From: Chitinophagaceae bacterium
GTDB lineage: Bacteria > Bacteroidota > Bacteroidia > Chitinophagales > UBA10324
Assembly (NCBI GenBank): GCA_947469485.1
Contig: CANIPU010000011.1
Coordinates: 4,935-68,934, forward strand
Length of the DNA: 64,000 nucleotides
Direction: 5' to 3'
Positions within the stretch are counted from its first letter, which is position 1. Each line of letters starts with the position of its first letter. The notes beneath the pieces are model-generated. The model had not been told where the DNA came from. It ran no database searches and saw only the letters and a list, made by a program, of their open reading frames with translations. The translations under genes and the position numbers were made by a program. Of this stretch, positions 37,096 to 46,375 are shown one piece after another.

Positions 37096-37857
37096 ATGAA
37101 TAAAAAAGCAGGTATTACAGATTTTATAATAAACAAGGAAAGCTATTTTCTTGAAGGGCCTCACTCTCGAATTAAGGATTTTGGATTTACTCTTGAAATA
37201 ATGTTTGAGTTTATCAAGGGGTTCAGAACATTGCACTTTGCAGGTCCGTGTGTAACTGTTTTTGGTTCGGCAAGATTTAGTGCAGATCACCCGGTTTATA
37301 AAAGTTCAGTTGAAATGGGCGCTGAAATTTCAAAACTTGGATTTGGTGTTATGACCGGTGGTGGCCCCGGAGTGATGGAAGCAGCAAATAAAGGAGCTTT
37401 TGAAACGGGTGGAATTTCAATCGGATGCAATATCAAATTGCCTCATGAACAAAAAGAGAACCCATACCTTACAAGAGAAGTGACATTCGAGCACTTTTTT
37501 GTTCGGAAAGTTTTGATGTTTAAATACTCTTATGCTTTTGTGGTGATGCCAGGGGGATTAGGAACTTTGGATGAATTATTTGAAGCACTTACATTAATTC
37601 AAACCGGAAAGATTAAAGGATTTCCGGTAATTCTTTTTGGTAAAGACTACTGGAATAATTTATTGAAGCAACTGCAAACAATGGAGGATAATAAAACCAT
37701 TGATACAAAAGATCTGGAATTGTTTTTAGTAACTGATGATATACAGGAAACGATGAATCATATTAAACGATATGCTACTGACAAACCCTGGCTCATGCGA
37801 AAAAAAATTCCAAAGCCCTTGAAATTTCTCGGAGAGAAAGTTTTTTTCTGGCGATAG
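37096..37857 (+). CDS. LOG family protein (TIGR00730; cytokinin riboside 5'-monophosphate phosphoribohydrolase-like)
   Basis: GGGPGVMEAANKGA and PGGLGTLDELFE motifs. Confidence 0.9.
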   Translation: MNKKAGITDFIINKESYFLEGPHSRIKDFGFTLEIMFEFIKGFRTLHFAGPCVTVFGSARFSADHPVYKSSVEMGAEISKLGFGVMTGGGPGVMEAANKGAFETGGISIGCNIKLPHEQKENPYLTREVTFEHFFVRKVLMFKYSYAFVVMPGGLGTLDELFEALTLIQTGKIKGFPVILFGKDYWNNLLKQLQTMEDNKTIDTKDLELFLVTDDIQETMNHIKRYATDKPWLMRKKIPKPLKFLGEKVFFWR

Positions 37858-37864
37858 ATATTTG

Positions 37865-38638
37865 TCAGTTATTCAATAATTCAAATCGCCCATCGGCATA
37901 TTTTACTTTTGATATTGGATGAGCTGAAGAATGAAAAAACAAACAAGCATAATTTTCTTCAGCACATTTTTTACCGTATTGAATTCGAAGTGCTGCTGAT
38001 TCTTTTCCATTGAAGTCATACTTGGCAGCAAACTTTCTGATGAGTTGGGTGCCCTGAGGTAACACATCGCCACCATAAAAATATTTTTTGTTTGCAGTAT
38101 TAAACCAAAATACTTGGTGGTTTTTTGTATGTCCACCAGATATTTCGCAATAAATGTTTTTACTGAATTGTGTGTTTCCGCTGAGCTCCTTTTTGTTCTT
38201 ATAGCTTTTCAGAAACTTCAATTTGCTTGCTTCAAATGATTTTGATGGAAGTTTTGAAAGTGCTTCATTCATTTCTTCTTCCTGATAAACATATTGGGCA
38301 TTGGGAAACATGGGATTCATTATTCCATTCTCTTCATATGCAACTCCGCCAATGTGGTCTTTATGAAGATGACTCAGTAAAACAATATTTATATCAGTTG
38401 AATTGAATCCGAGCTGCGAAAGGTTTTTTATAATTTGAAATTCTCCTGACTTGTTTTTCAATCCTAATCCCGGATCAATAATTATTATTCCTTCTACTGA
38501 AATAATTAAGAACGGACAAATTTCTACCAACAAGGAACCAGGGCGATCTTTGATTGAATCTGATATACTATTGAACGGAATAAAATTTTTCGATTCATCA
38601 ACGGTATAAGTTCCCTCAGAAAGTGCGTGTGCGTTCAA
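37865..38638 (-). CDS. MBL-fold metallo-hydrolase
   Basis: HLHKDHIGG (HxHxDH). The TTG start at 38638 is the only start available after an in-frame stop. Confidence 0.85.
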   Translation of the reverse strand: MNAHALSEGTYTVDESKNFIPFNSISDSIKDRPGSLLVEICPFLIISVEGIIIIDPGLGLKNKSGEFQIIKNLSQLGFNSTDINIVLLSHLHKDHIGGVAYEENGIMNPMFPNAQYVYQEEEMNEALSKLPSKSFEASKLKFLKSYKNKKELSGNTQFSKNIYCEISGGHTKNHQVFWFNTANKKYFYGGDVLPQGTQLIRKFAAKYDFNGKESAALRIQYGKKCAEENYACLFFHSSAHPISKVKYADGRFELLNN

Positions 38639-38657
38639 AATTTATTGTTGTTAACGG

Positions 38658-38665
38658 CAAAAGTA
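38658..38665 (-). promoter_or_regulatory. Putative -7 box (TACTTTTG on the minus strand) for the MBL hydrolase gene
   Basis: CAAAAGTA on the plus strand, 19 nt upstream of the TTG start. Confidence 0.5.
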
Positions 38666-38751
38666 TTAAGTATATAAACAGTAGTTGCAAACTGTACTTA
38701 AAATAGATTTTTATTTCTTTATAAACAGATGTCCAATAGGTAAGTTAGAAT

Positions 38752-38862
38752 TTACTGATGAGTTTTTAAATAAACCAACAAACCACCAATCAGAAAAAGA
38801 AAAATTAAAACAAACCAAATGGTTGCTTCAGAATTTTTTGTTGGTTGTTTTGATGAGTTCAT
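38752..38862 (-). CDS. Possible 36-aa single-TM small protein downstream of rodA (not in the ORF track)
   Basis: Hand translation gives MNSSKQPTKNSEATIWFVLIFLFLIGGLLVYLKTHQ*. ATG start, 62 nt after the rodA stop, same strand. Polar N-terminus followed by a 17-aa hydrophobic helix. Confidence 0.3.
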   Translation of the reverse strand: MNSSKQPTKNSEATIWFVLIFLFLIGGLLVYLKTHQ

Positions 38863-38924
38863 ACTGCTTATTTTTTTTCTTTCACGAAGAAAAATAACCA
38901 GGTCGCTTTTTTGAATGATATAAA

Positions 38925-40184
38925 TCATCTGAGCACCGCCAACCTATCAGCATCTAATTTTATCAATACAAAAAGTAAAATCGTAAACGACCAAAGCGAG
39001 GAACCGCCATAACTTATGAAAGGCAATGGTATACCAATAACAGGAGCAAGCCCAATAGTCATTCCGATATTAATTAAGAAATGAAAAAATAATATTGATG
39101 CAACCCCATATGCATATATGCGAGAGAACTTTGATCGTTGTCGTTCAGCCAGCGATAGAATTCGCGTGAGCAGAAACAAAAAAAGAATTACAAACAAGGA
39201 GGTTCCCCAGAAACCATACTCTTCGCCAATGGTACAGAAAATAAAATCGGTATGTTGTTCAGGCACAAAATTGTATTTTGTTAAGGTGCCATTCAATGGG
39301 CCCTTACCTAAAAGGCCACCTGAACCAATGGCTATTTTCGATTGCCTTACATTGTAGTCGGCATCTTTCACATTTACTTCCTGACCGAGCAAAACTTTTA
39401 TTCGTTGTTGTTGATGAAGTTTCAACACATTATTAAAAACATAATTAGTTGTGGTTACATATAACGATGCGCCAATAAATAAACCTGCAATTGCAAAGTA
39501 TGCAGCGCGCGTTCTTTTAATAAAATACAACGAAGCTCCGGCCAGAATTAATAAAATACCTATTAAAATATATTTATCAATCACTAATGAAAAAACCGAA
39601 AGCGCCAGTACACCGACACCAAGCGCAAGTATTTCGCCTGGCAATCCAAAACGATATAGCACTAAAAAGAAAGAAAGAAATACCAGAGTTGAACCGGTAT
39701 CGCCCTGCAACTGAATGAGCAAAGCAGGAAAAAAAATAAGTCCCAATGAAATCATTTTTGTCCTGTTATTTTTCAGATTAATATTTTGATTACTCAGAAA
39801 TTTTGCAAGCGCCAGAGCAACGGAAAATTTTGCAAACTCTGATGGTTGTAACTGAAAACTTCCAATCTCAAACCAGTTCTTATTTCCGTTTACTTCATGT
39901 CCGAAAAAGAAAACTCCAATTACCATTAACAATATCAATCCATAGATGAAGTATGCGAATGTGGTATAAATCTTATTATCAGTAACCAGAATAAAACCCG
40001 CCAGAATAACTGAAGTACCGACCCAAATTAATTGCCTTACATACAACTGCCGCGTATCAAAAAATGGTTTAGCCTCATCGTGACTTGATGCATAAACAAC
40101 CAGTAAACCAATAGCCACAAAAACACTATACAATAGTATAATGACCCAGTCGAGGTTGTTGGTTGTTTTGCGTTTATCAATCAC
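38925..40184 (-). CDS. rodA: Rod shape-determining protein RodA (SEDS family)
   Basis: 419 aa, about 10 TM, FtsW/RodA/SpoVE motifs (PSEFAK, TDFIF, GGSS). GTG start. Confidence 0.9.
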   Translation of the reverse strand: MIDKRKTTNNLDWVIILLYSVFVAIGLLVVYASSHDEAKPFFDTRQLYVRQLIWVGTSVILAGFILVTDNKIYTTFAYFIYGLILLMVIGVFFFGHEVNGNKNWFEIGSFQLQPSEFAKFSVALALAKFLSNQNINLKNNRTKMISLGLIFFPALLIQLQGDTGSTLVFLSFFLVLYRFGLPGEILALGVGVLALSVFSLVIDKYILIGILLILAGASLYFIKRTRAAYFAIAGLFIGASLYVTTTNYVFNNVLKLHQQQRIKVLLGQEVNVKDADYNVRQSKIAIGSGGLLGKGPLNGTLTKYNFVPEQHTDFIFCTIGEEYGFWGTSLFVILFLFLLTRILSLAERQRSKFSRIYAYGVASILFFHFLINIGMTIGLAPVIGIPLPFISYGGSSLWSFTILLFVLIKLDADRLAVLR

Positions 40185-40207
40185 GGGGCTGGTTGAGTTT
40201 TTTTGAA

Positions 40208-42055
40208 TTAATGTTCAGGGGTCGGTTGATATTTATTATGAATTAAATCAGCATCAAACATTCGTTGTTCCAAATATTTTCTAGGAGTTGAAATTGAATC
40301 GTTCAAATACTTTTCAATCATTAAACTAGCGATTGGTGCACCATAAGTTGCACCAAATCCGGCATTTTCTACAATAACAGCAATAGCAATTTTCGGATTT
40401 TCAACCGGAGCAAAGCAAATGAAAAGCGAATGATCTTTTCCGTGCGGGTTTTGAGCAGTACCAGTTTTCCCTCCCATAGTTACTCCCGGGATTTGTGCAA
40501 TTCTACCTGTTCCGGCTTCTACAACTTCTTTCATTGCATCGACAGTTATATCAAACCAACCTTTATCAATTGGTATCACATGCTTCTCTTTAAATTTTTT
40601 CAAAACTGTTGAAGTATCATCATCAACTTTTCGAACTAAATGCGGTGTATAGTACCAACCATGGTTTGCTATAGTAGCCATTTCATTAGCCATTTGTAAC
40701 GGAGTAAACCCAATTTCTCCCTGACCAATTCCTAAAGAAATAATGGTAACAGAATTCCATCTTCCACTTCCATAAATTTTATTGTAATAATCCGATCCGG
40801 GAATAAAACCATATCCTACTCCTGGCAAATCGGTTTCCATTTTTACACCAATACCAAAACTTGCAAGGTATGATTTCCAGCCATCCAGGCCCTGTGCTAC
40901 TGTTTTATATTTATTGTTATCAACTACTCTGCGGAATGTCATGCAGAAATAAGCATTGCATGAATGCTGAATGGCTTCTATAATATTATTTACAAACCCT
41001 GAATGATGACATCCTACCCTTAAACTTCCAACATAATATGCACCAGGACACGAATAGGTTGTGTTTTGTTGAATTGCTCCATCTTGCATTCCAATTAAGC
41101 CAAGTAGTGGTTTATAAATTGAACCAGGGGGGTAAGATGCTTTAAGTGGCCGGACAAATAATGGTTTTAAAGAATCCGCATAAAGTTTACTGAAATTTTT
41201 TCCGCGGTCTCTTCCGGTTAATAATTTTGGATCATAAGATGGACTACTAATCATTGCAAGCACTTCTCCCGTTGAAGGTTCAATTGCTACAACACTTCCA
41301 ACTTTTCCCTGCATTAATTTTTCACCGTATTGCTGCAAGTCAATATCGAGTGTAGAATACATGTTTGTACCAGGTGAAGGAAGGGTATCCAACTGTCCAT
41401 CGTTAAATGATCCTTGTTCCCGATTGTGAACATCAACCAAAACATATTTCACACCTTTTTTTCCACGCAAAATTTTTTCATAATACTGTTCCAGACCTCC
41501 GGTACCTATGTAATCACCTTGCTGATAATATCCATCAGATTTTTCAATTTGTTTAGGAGTTACTTCAGAAATGTATCCGAGTATATGTGCTGCTGCAGAA
41601 ATCGGATAAGTTCTTACTGTTCGTACCTGAGCATAAAATCCGGGATATAAAAACATGTCTTCCTGTAATTGAGCATACAACTCCGCCTGAATTCCTTTTA
41701 TAATAACCGTGGGTTTAAATTTTGAATATTTATATGCTTTTGACAACTCTTTTTTAAAGCCCTCAACATCCAAACCCAATGTTTTGCAAAGATTTGCAGT
41801 GTCAAATTTTTTAAGCTGCCCAGGTATTACTAACAAATCGTATTCTGCCTGATTGAATAAAATAAGTTTCCCATTCCGGTCATAAATCAGACCTCGTGAT
41901 GGATACAAAGTGACTTTACGCAACACATTATTATTAGCAAGTTGCTGATAGTTTTTATTCAATACCTGAATGAACAACAAACGCAAAATGAAAATTACTG
42001 AAATGATGATGAACACCATTTGCACCACTTTTCGTCTTGATGCGAGTGTATCCAT
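40208..42055 (-). CDS. mrdA: Penicillin-binding protein 2
   Basis: 615 aa. N-terminal anchor, transpeptidase motifs SIYKP (SxxK), SCN and KTGT. Confidence 0.93.
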   Translation of the reverse strand: MDTLASRRKVVQMVFIIISVIFILRLLFIQVLNKNYQQLANNNVLRKVTLYPSRGLIYDRNGKLILFNQAEYDLLVIPGQLKKFDTANLCKTLGLDVEGFKKELSKAYKYSKFKPTVIIKGIQAELYAQLQEDMFLYPGFYAQVRTVRTYPISAAAHILGYISEVTPKQIEKSDGYYQQGDYIGTGGLEQYYEKILRGKKGVKYVLVDVHNREQGSFNDGQLDTLPSPGTNMYSTLDIDLQQYGEKLMQGKVGSVVAIEPSTGEVLAMISSPSYDPKLLTGRDRGKNFSKLYADSLKPLFVRPLKASYPPGSIYKPLLGLIGMQDGAIQQNTTYSCPGAYYVGSLRVGCHHSGFVNNIIEAIQHSCNAYFCMTFRRVVDNNKYKTVAQGLDGWKSYLASFGIGVKMETDLPGVGYGFIPGSDYYNKIYGSGRWNSVTIISLGIGQGEIGFTPLQMANEMATIANHGWYYTPHLVRKVDDDTSTVLKKFKEKHVIPIDKGWFDITVDAMKEVVEAGTGRIAQIPGVTMGGKTGTAQNPHGKDHSLFICFAPVENPKIAIAVIVENAGFGATYGAPIASLMIEKYLNDSISTPRKYLEQRMFDADLIHNKYQPTPEH

Positions 42056-42061
42056 TTAAAG

Positions 42062-42577
42062 TTATATCGCTTTTCTTCTGATGAAAAAAAATTCTGCAAG
42101 AAATATCAGTAATAAAGAAAGTGCTGTACTTAATAATATTTTAAGAAGCATAAATCCAACCTGACCAAATTCCAGAGTTTCTAAAAAGAAAAAAAATAAA
42201 TGATGAATAACTACCAATATAGATGCATAAGTCGCAAACCATCTGAATCCCATGTAGCTTAAAGTTGGTTTATCGGTTTGTTCGTAACCACCGGAGGGTT
42301 CAACTAATTTTAAAACCTGTGGCCGCATAAAACAAAACAAAACACATGCAGCAGCATGCAATCCCATTGTGTTTGAAAACATATCAATTGTTAAACCAGT
42401 TACAAATCCAAGTATAAGTAAAACCCATTTTGGCATTTTTAAGGGCAACAACAATAAAAACAATGGATAGATGTATGGATTAAAAATTCCTGATAAATGC
42501 AAATTGTTTAAGATCAATACCTGAATGAGCACAAGCACTATAAATCGTATAAGCTGAATTAAAAACTCAATTATCAT
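42062..42577 (-). CDS. mreD: Rod shape-determining protein MreD
   Basis: 171 aa polytopic protein. It overlaps the mreC stop by 11 nt and sits at the expected position in the mre operon. Confidence 0.85.
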   Translation of the reverse strand: MIIEFLIQLIRFIVLVLIQVLILNNLHLSGIFNPYIYPLFLLLLPLKMPKWVLLILGFVTGLTIDMFSNTMGLHAAACVLFCFMRPQVLKLVEPSGGYEQTDKPTLSYMGFRWFATYASILVVIHHLFFFFLETLEFGQVGFMLLKILLSTALSLLLIFLAEFFFIRRKAI

Positions 42578-43400
42578 TTTGTGAATGTTGCTCTAAAGAA
42601 TCTAATTCGTTTTTCATCAAGTTGTTCACCACATATACATATGAAATGCTTCGGAAGTCAGTGCTGAGTTTTATTTCAATGTCATAAAAGTTATCATTGG
42701 TATTTGGCGTGAAAGAAGAAATGGTTCCGATTAAAATATTTTCAGGAAATTTTTTGGTTTCACTCCCTGTATAAATTTTATCGCCGTTTGCAATTTTTAT
42801 CTGCTTCGGAATTCCATCTAACTGGGCAAATTCGGGGCTGCTTCCATCCCAAGAAAGAGAGCCCAGATTTCCGCCAGTACCAACCCTTGCGCTCACTTTG
42901 AAATCATTGTGAAGTATTGGAATTACAGAAGCATAGTTGTCAGAAACATCTTTCACAATTCCAACAATTCCATTGGGCCCAATAACTCCCATTTTAATAT
43001 CAACCCCTTGATTTTTTCCCTTGTCAATGGTTATAAAATTGTTGAGTTTATTTATGGTAATGTTTACCACTTTTGAGGGAATGTATTTATATAATTGTTT
43101 GTAAACCGAGTCATTCACTGTAATTTGTTGAAAGGATGCATCGTAAAATGAATTCTTTAATTGATTTCTGAGCAATGCATTTTCGTCAGAAAGTCTTTTA
43201 TTCTCCTGACTCAAATGAATATATTCAATGAAATTATTATAAACTGTAAAAACCCTAGCAGAAATTTCACTTGATGAATTAATAAAAGCTGCCTGATGAT
43301 AACTTTTATTATTTACCAATAAAATAATGCTGCTCACTTCTAATAAGATAAAAAGTATGAATGCATGATAGCGAACGAGTAATGAAAAAATGTTGCGCAT
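42567..43400 (-). CDS. mreC: Rod shape-determining protein MreC
   Basis: 277 aa. N-terminal anchor, coiled-coil (ENALLRNQL), and beta-barrel repeats. Confidence 0.9.
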   Translation of the reverse strand: MRNIFSLLVRYHAFILFILLEVSSIILLVNNKSYHQAAFINSSSEISARVFTVYNNFIEYIHLSQENKRLSDENALLRNQLKNSFYDASFQQITVNDSVYKQLYKYIPSKVVNITINKLNNFITIDKGKNQGVDIKMGVIGPNGIVGIVKDVSDNYASVIPILHNDFKVSARVGTGGNLGSLSWDGSSPEFAQLDGIPKQIKIANGDKIYTGSETKKFPENILIGTISSFTPNTNDNFYDIEIKLSTDFRSISYVYVVNNLMKNELDSLEQHSQNDN

Positions 43401-43463
43401 TCAACCTGGAGAGCTATAAAATTTCTTAATGAATTATTTTAGTTAAGATTCGGAAAAACAGTA

Positions 43464-44486
43464 TTAAGACATCAGGAAGGGATAGCGCGAAATATTTTTC
43501 AAAGCGATACCTGAACCTCGAACAACAGCACGAAGCGGATCATCATCAATCGACACATGTAACTTTGTTTTTTGTGCTAATCTTTTATCCAAACCACGCA
43601 ATAAGGCTCCTCCACCTGTAATGTGCAGTCCGGTGCGGTAAATATCTGAAGCCAATTCTGGTGGAGTTGACTCCAATGCTTTTAGAACTGCTTCTTCAAT
43701 TCTTGAAATCGATTCGTTTAATGCATGTGCTATTTCGGCATATGAAATAGTAATTTGTTTTGGAATTCCTGTCATCAAATCTCTTCCCTGCACCGCATAA
43801 TCATCCGGTGGGTTCTCCAGGTCAGGAATTGCTGAGCCCACATTAATTTTAATATCCTCAGCTGTGCGTTCACCAATTGCCATGTTGTGTTGGCGACGAA
43901 CAAAATCAATAATATCAGCCGTGAATTCATCACCTGCTACTCGAATAGATTGATCACAAACAATTCCCGCAAGTGCTATAACCGAAATTCCGGTTGTTCC
44001 GCCACCAATATCAATAATCATATGTCCGATTGGTTCTTCTACATCAATTCCAATTCCGAGTGCTGCTGCCATTGGTTCATGAATCAAATAAACCTCCCTT
44101 CCCCCTGCTTGCTCTGCACTATCTTTTACTGCACGCTTTTCAACTTCTGTAATATTCGATGGAATACAAATTACCATTCGCCATGATGGAGTAAAGAAAA
44201 AACTTTTCGGATGAATCATTTTTATCATCTCTCGAATCATTATTTCTGCTGCGTTAAAATCGGCTATTACACCATCACGAAGAGGTCTTATAGTTTTTAA
44301 ATCCTCATGGGTTTTTTCATACATCTGTCTTGCACGCTTGCCAACGGCAATTACCTTCCCGGTAATTTTATTTATTGCTACAATAGAGGGTTCATCCACA
44401 ACAACTTTATCGTTATGAATAATTACAGTATTTGCAGTTCCCAGATCTATTGCAATATCCTGAGTTAGAAAATTAAATAAGCCCAT
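43464..44486 (-). CDS. mreB: Rod shape-determining protein MreB
   Basis: 340 aa. DLGTANT, actin-like ATPase motifs, full-length resemblance. Confidence 0.97.
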   Translation of the reverse strand: MGLFNFLTQDIAIDLGTANTVIIHNDKVVVDEPSIVAINKITGKVIAVGKRARQMYEKTHEDLKTIRPLRDGVIADFNAAEIMIREMIKMIHPKSFFFTPSWRMVICIPSNITEVEKRAVKDSAEQAGGREVYLIHEPMAAALGIGIDVEEPIGHMIIDIGGGTTGISVIALAGIVCDQSIRVAGDEFTADIIDFVRRQHNMAIGERTAEDIKINVGSAIPDLENPPDDYAVQGRDLMTGIPKQITISYAEIAHALNESISRIEEAVLKALESTPPELASDIYRTGLHITGGGALLRGLDKRLAQKTKLHVSIDDDPLRAVVRGSGIALKNISRYPFLMS

Positions 44487-44516
44487 GTGTTTTAAAAGGA
44501 AAATTCTTGAGTGCGC

Positions 44517-44524
44517 AAAGTTGG
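44517..44524 (-). promoter_or_regulatory. Possible -7 box (CAACTTTG, one mismatch) for the mreB operon
   Basis: CAAAGTTG on the plus strand, about 30 nt upstream of the mreB ATG. Confidence 0.35.
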
Positions 44525-44693
44525 AATAATTATTCTGTATTTACACGCCTGTTTTCCTTTCGAAAGAAAATATAATTGCTTTCAATTTTATTTTCAATTA
44601 TACCAAAGGAATCAACACACCAATTGTTAATGGATGTGTATTGCACTCAAACCTGAATATTATTTTCTTTTATTTTAGAATTAACGACTCCAA

Positions 44694-46217
44694 TCAATGC
44701 TTAAAATGCCTGATTCCGGTAAGTACCATGGCCATGTTGTGCTGATTGCAATAATCTATGCTTTCTTTGTCTTTAATTGACCCGCCTGGTTGAATTACAG
44801 CACAAATTCCTGCCTTATCTGCAATTTCCACACAATCCGGAAAGGGAAAAAAAGCGTCAGAAGCCATTACAGAATCAGTCAAATCGAATCCAAAGTTTTT
44901 TGCTTTTTCAATTGCTTGCTTTAGCGCATCAACTCTGGAGGTTTGACCACAACCCATAGCGAGCAATTGTTGGTTCCGTACAAGTGTAATGGTGTTTGAT
45001 TTTAAATGTTTGCAAACTTTGGAGGCAAATTCCAAATCAGCTAATTGACTTTTTTCTGGCGATTTATTCGTTGCAACTTTAAAATTCTCTGATAAATCGG
45101 TTATTAAATCTTCATCCTGTTCGATTACTCCATTCAGAATATTTTTGAATTGTTTTCCATTCGGAAGATTTTTATTCTGTTTCAGAATAATTCTGTTCTT
45201 TTTCGATTTCAGAATTTCAAGCGCTGACGAATCATAATCAGGTGCAATAAGAATTTCAAGAAACAAATCATTCACCAATTGTGCCGTTGTTTCATCAATC
45301 TTCCTGTTAGTTACAATCACCCCACCGAATGCGCTTACGGGGTCTCCAGCCAAAGCCTTCTTCCATGCTTCGCTCAAAACTTTATCGCTTGCTACACCGC
45401 ATGCATTTGTGTGCTTGATAACTGCAAAGGTTGGTTCTTCAAATTCTTTAATCAACTCCATCGCTGCATGCACATCAACCAAATTATTGTATGATAATTC
45501 TTTGCCATGAACCTGTTCAATCAGTTCATTCAGGTTTCCATAAAACACACCTTTCTGGTGCGGATTTTCACCATATCGAAGAACCTTTGACTCATGAATA
45601 CTCTGTTTAAAAACAGGCAATTGAGCAGAAGAATTAAAATAATTAAAAATATCTGTATCATAATTTGAGGTAACAGAAAAGGCTTTAGCCGCAAAAAGTT
45701 GCCGGTCACTCAATTCAGTAGTTCCTTTTTTTGAACCAATTAATTCAAGTAAATCAGCATATTGATTTCGCGAAGAACAGATTAAAACATCTTTAAAATT
45801 TTTTGCAGCAGCCCGAATTAAACTGATACCACCAATATCTATTTTCTCAATAATTTCAATCTCGTCATTAGTTTTCTTAACGGTTTCTTCAAATGGATAT
45901 AAATCCACAATCACAAGATCAATTGTATCTATTTTATGTTGAGCAAGTTCAACCCAATCAACATCGTAATCTCTTCTGGCTAATATTCCCCCAAAAATAT
46001 GCGGGTCTAAAGTCTTGACTCTTCCTCCTAAAATTGCAGGAAACCCTGTTATATTTTCAACCTTTTCACAAGCAATGCCTAACGAAGTTATAAAATCATA
46101 AGTGCCTCCGGTCGAAATCATTTTTATTCCCAACTCATTAAGTTTTCTGATAATTGGCTCAAGATTATCTTTATAATAAACTGAAATAAGTGCTGACTTA
46201 ATGCTTACAGAATTCAT
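44694..46217 (-). CDS. purH: Bifunctional AICAR formyltransferase / IMP cyclohydrolase
   Basis: 507 aa. MGS-like N-terminal domain, and a C-terminus ending TGIRHFKH. Confidence 0.97.
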   Translation of the reverse strand: MNSVSIKSALISVYYKDNLEPIIRKLNELGIKMISTGGTYDFITSLGIACEKVENITGFPAILGGRVKTLDPHIFGGILARRDYDVDWVELAQHKIDTIDLVIVDLYPFEETVKKTNDEIEIIEKIDIGGISLIRAAAKNFKDVLICSSRNQYADLLELIGSKKGTTELSDRQLFAAKAFSVTSNYDTDIFNYFNSSAQLPVFKQSIHESKVLRYGENPHQKGVFYGNLNELIEQVHGKELSYNNLVDVHAAMELIKEFEEPTFAVIKHTNACGVASDKVLSEAWKKALAGDPVSAFGGVIVTNRKIDETTAQLVNDLFLEILIAPDYDSSALEILKSKKNRIILKQNKNLPNGKQFKNILNGVIEQDEDLITDLSENFKVATNKSPEKSQLADLEFASKVCKHLKSNTITLVRNQQLLAMGCGQTSRVDALKQAIEKAKNFGFDLTDSVMASDAFFPFPDCVEIADKAGICAVIQPGGSIKDKESIDYCNQHNMAMVLTGIRHFKH

Positions 46218-46237
46218 GATGATTTTTTAAGAAGGCG

Positions 46238-46245
46238 CAAATGTA
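46238..46245 (-). promoter_or_regulatory. Putative -7 box (TACATTTG on the minus strand) for purH
   Basis: CAAATGTA on the plus strand, 20 nt upstream of the purH ATG. Confidence 0.6.
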
Positions 46246-46375
46246 ATTGCGAATACATTTCAATAAAGTTAGAATTTATGCATTGTTTATAATCTATTAT
46301 TGAAAAGAGCCTTATTCATTAAATTCATATAAAAAAGTATAATCATATTTGTTATTGATTTATAATTGAATTGAA

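Noticed and set aside
38685-38897. 70-aa plus-strand ORF in the rodA/MBL intergenic region
   Set aside because: It has no motifs or obvious promoter box. It overlaps the more plausible, though still uncertain, 36-aa minus-strand TM ORF and the MBL promoter box.
44397-44403. Apparent extra A at about 44400 in my hand count of mreB, which would imply a frameshift and put the ATG at 44487
   Set aside because: The computed track reports an intact 340-aa MreB ORF at 43464-44486, and the translated protein is full-length and conserved. I treat the discrepancy as my own character-counting error, not a real frameshift.
46218-46375. Possible ZTP (upstream of purH) or purine (upstream of guaB, 13657-13811) riboswitch
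   Set aside because: The -7 promoter boxes sit only about 20 nt from the start codons. This leaves no room for a riboswitch aptamer, and no conserved pseudoknot or junction sequences were seen.
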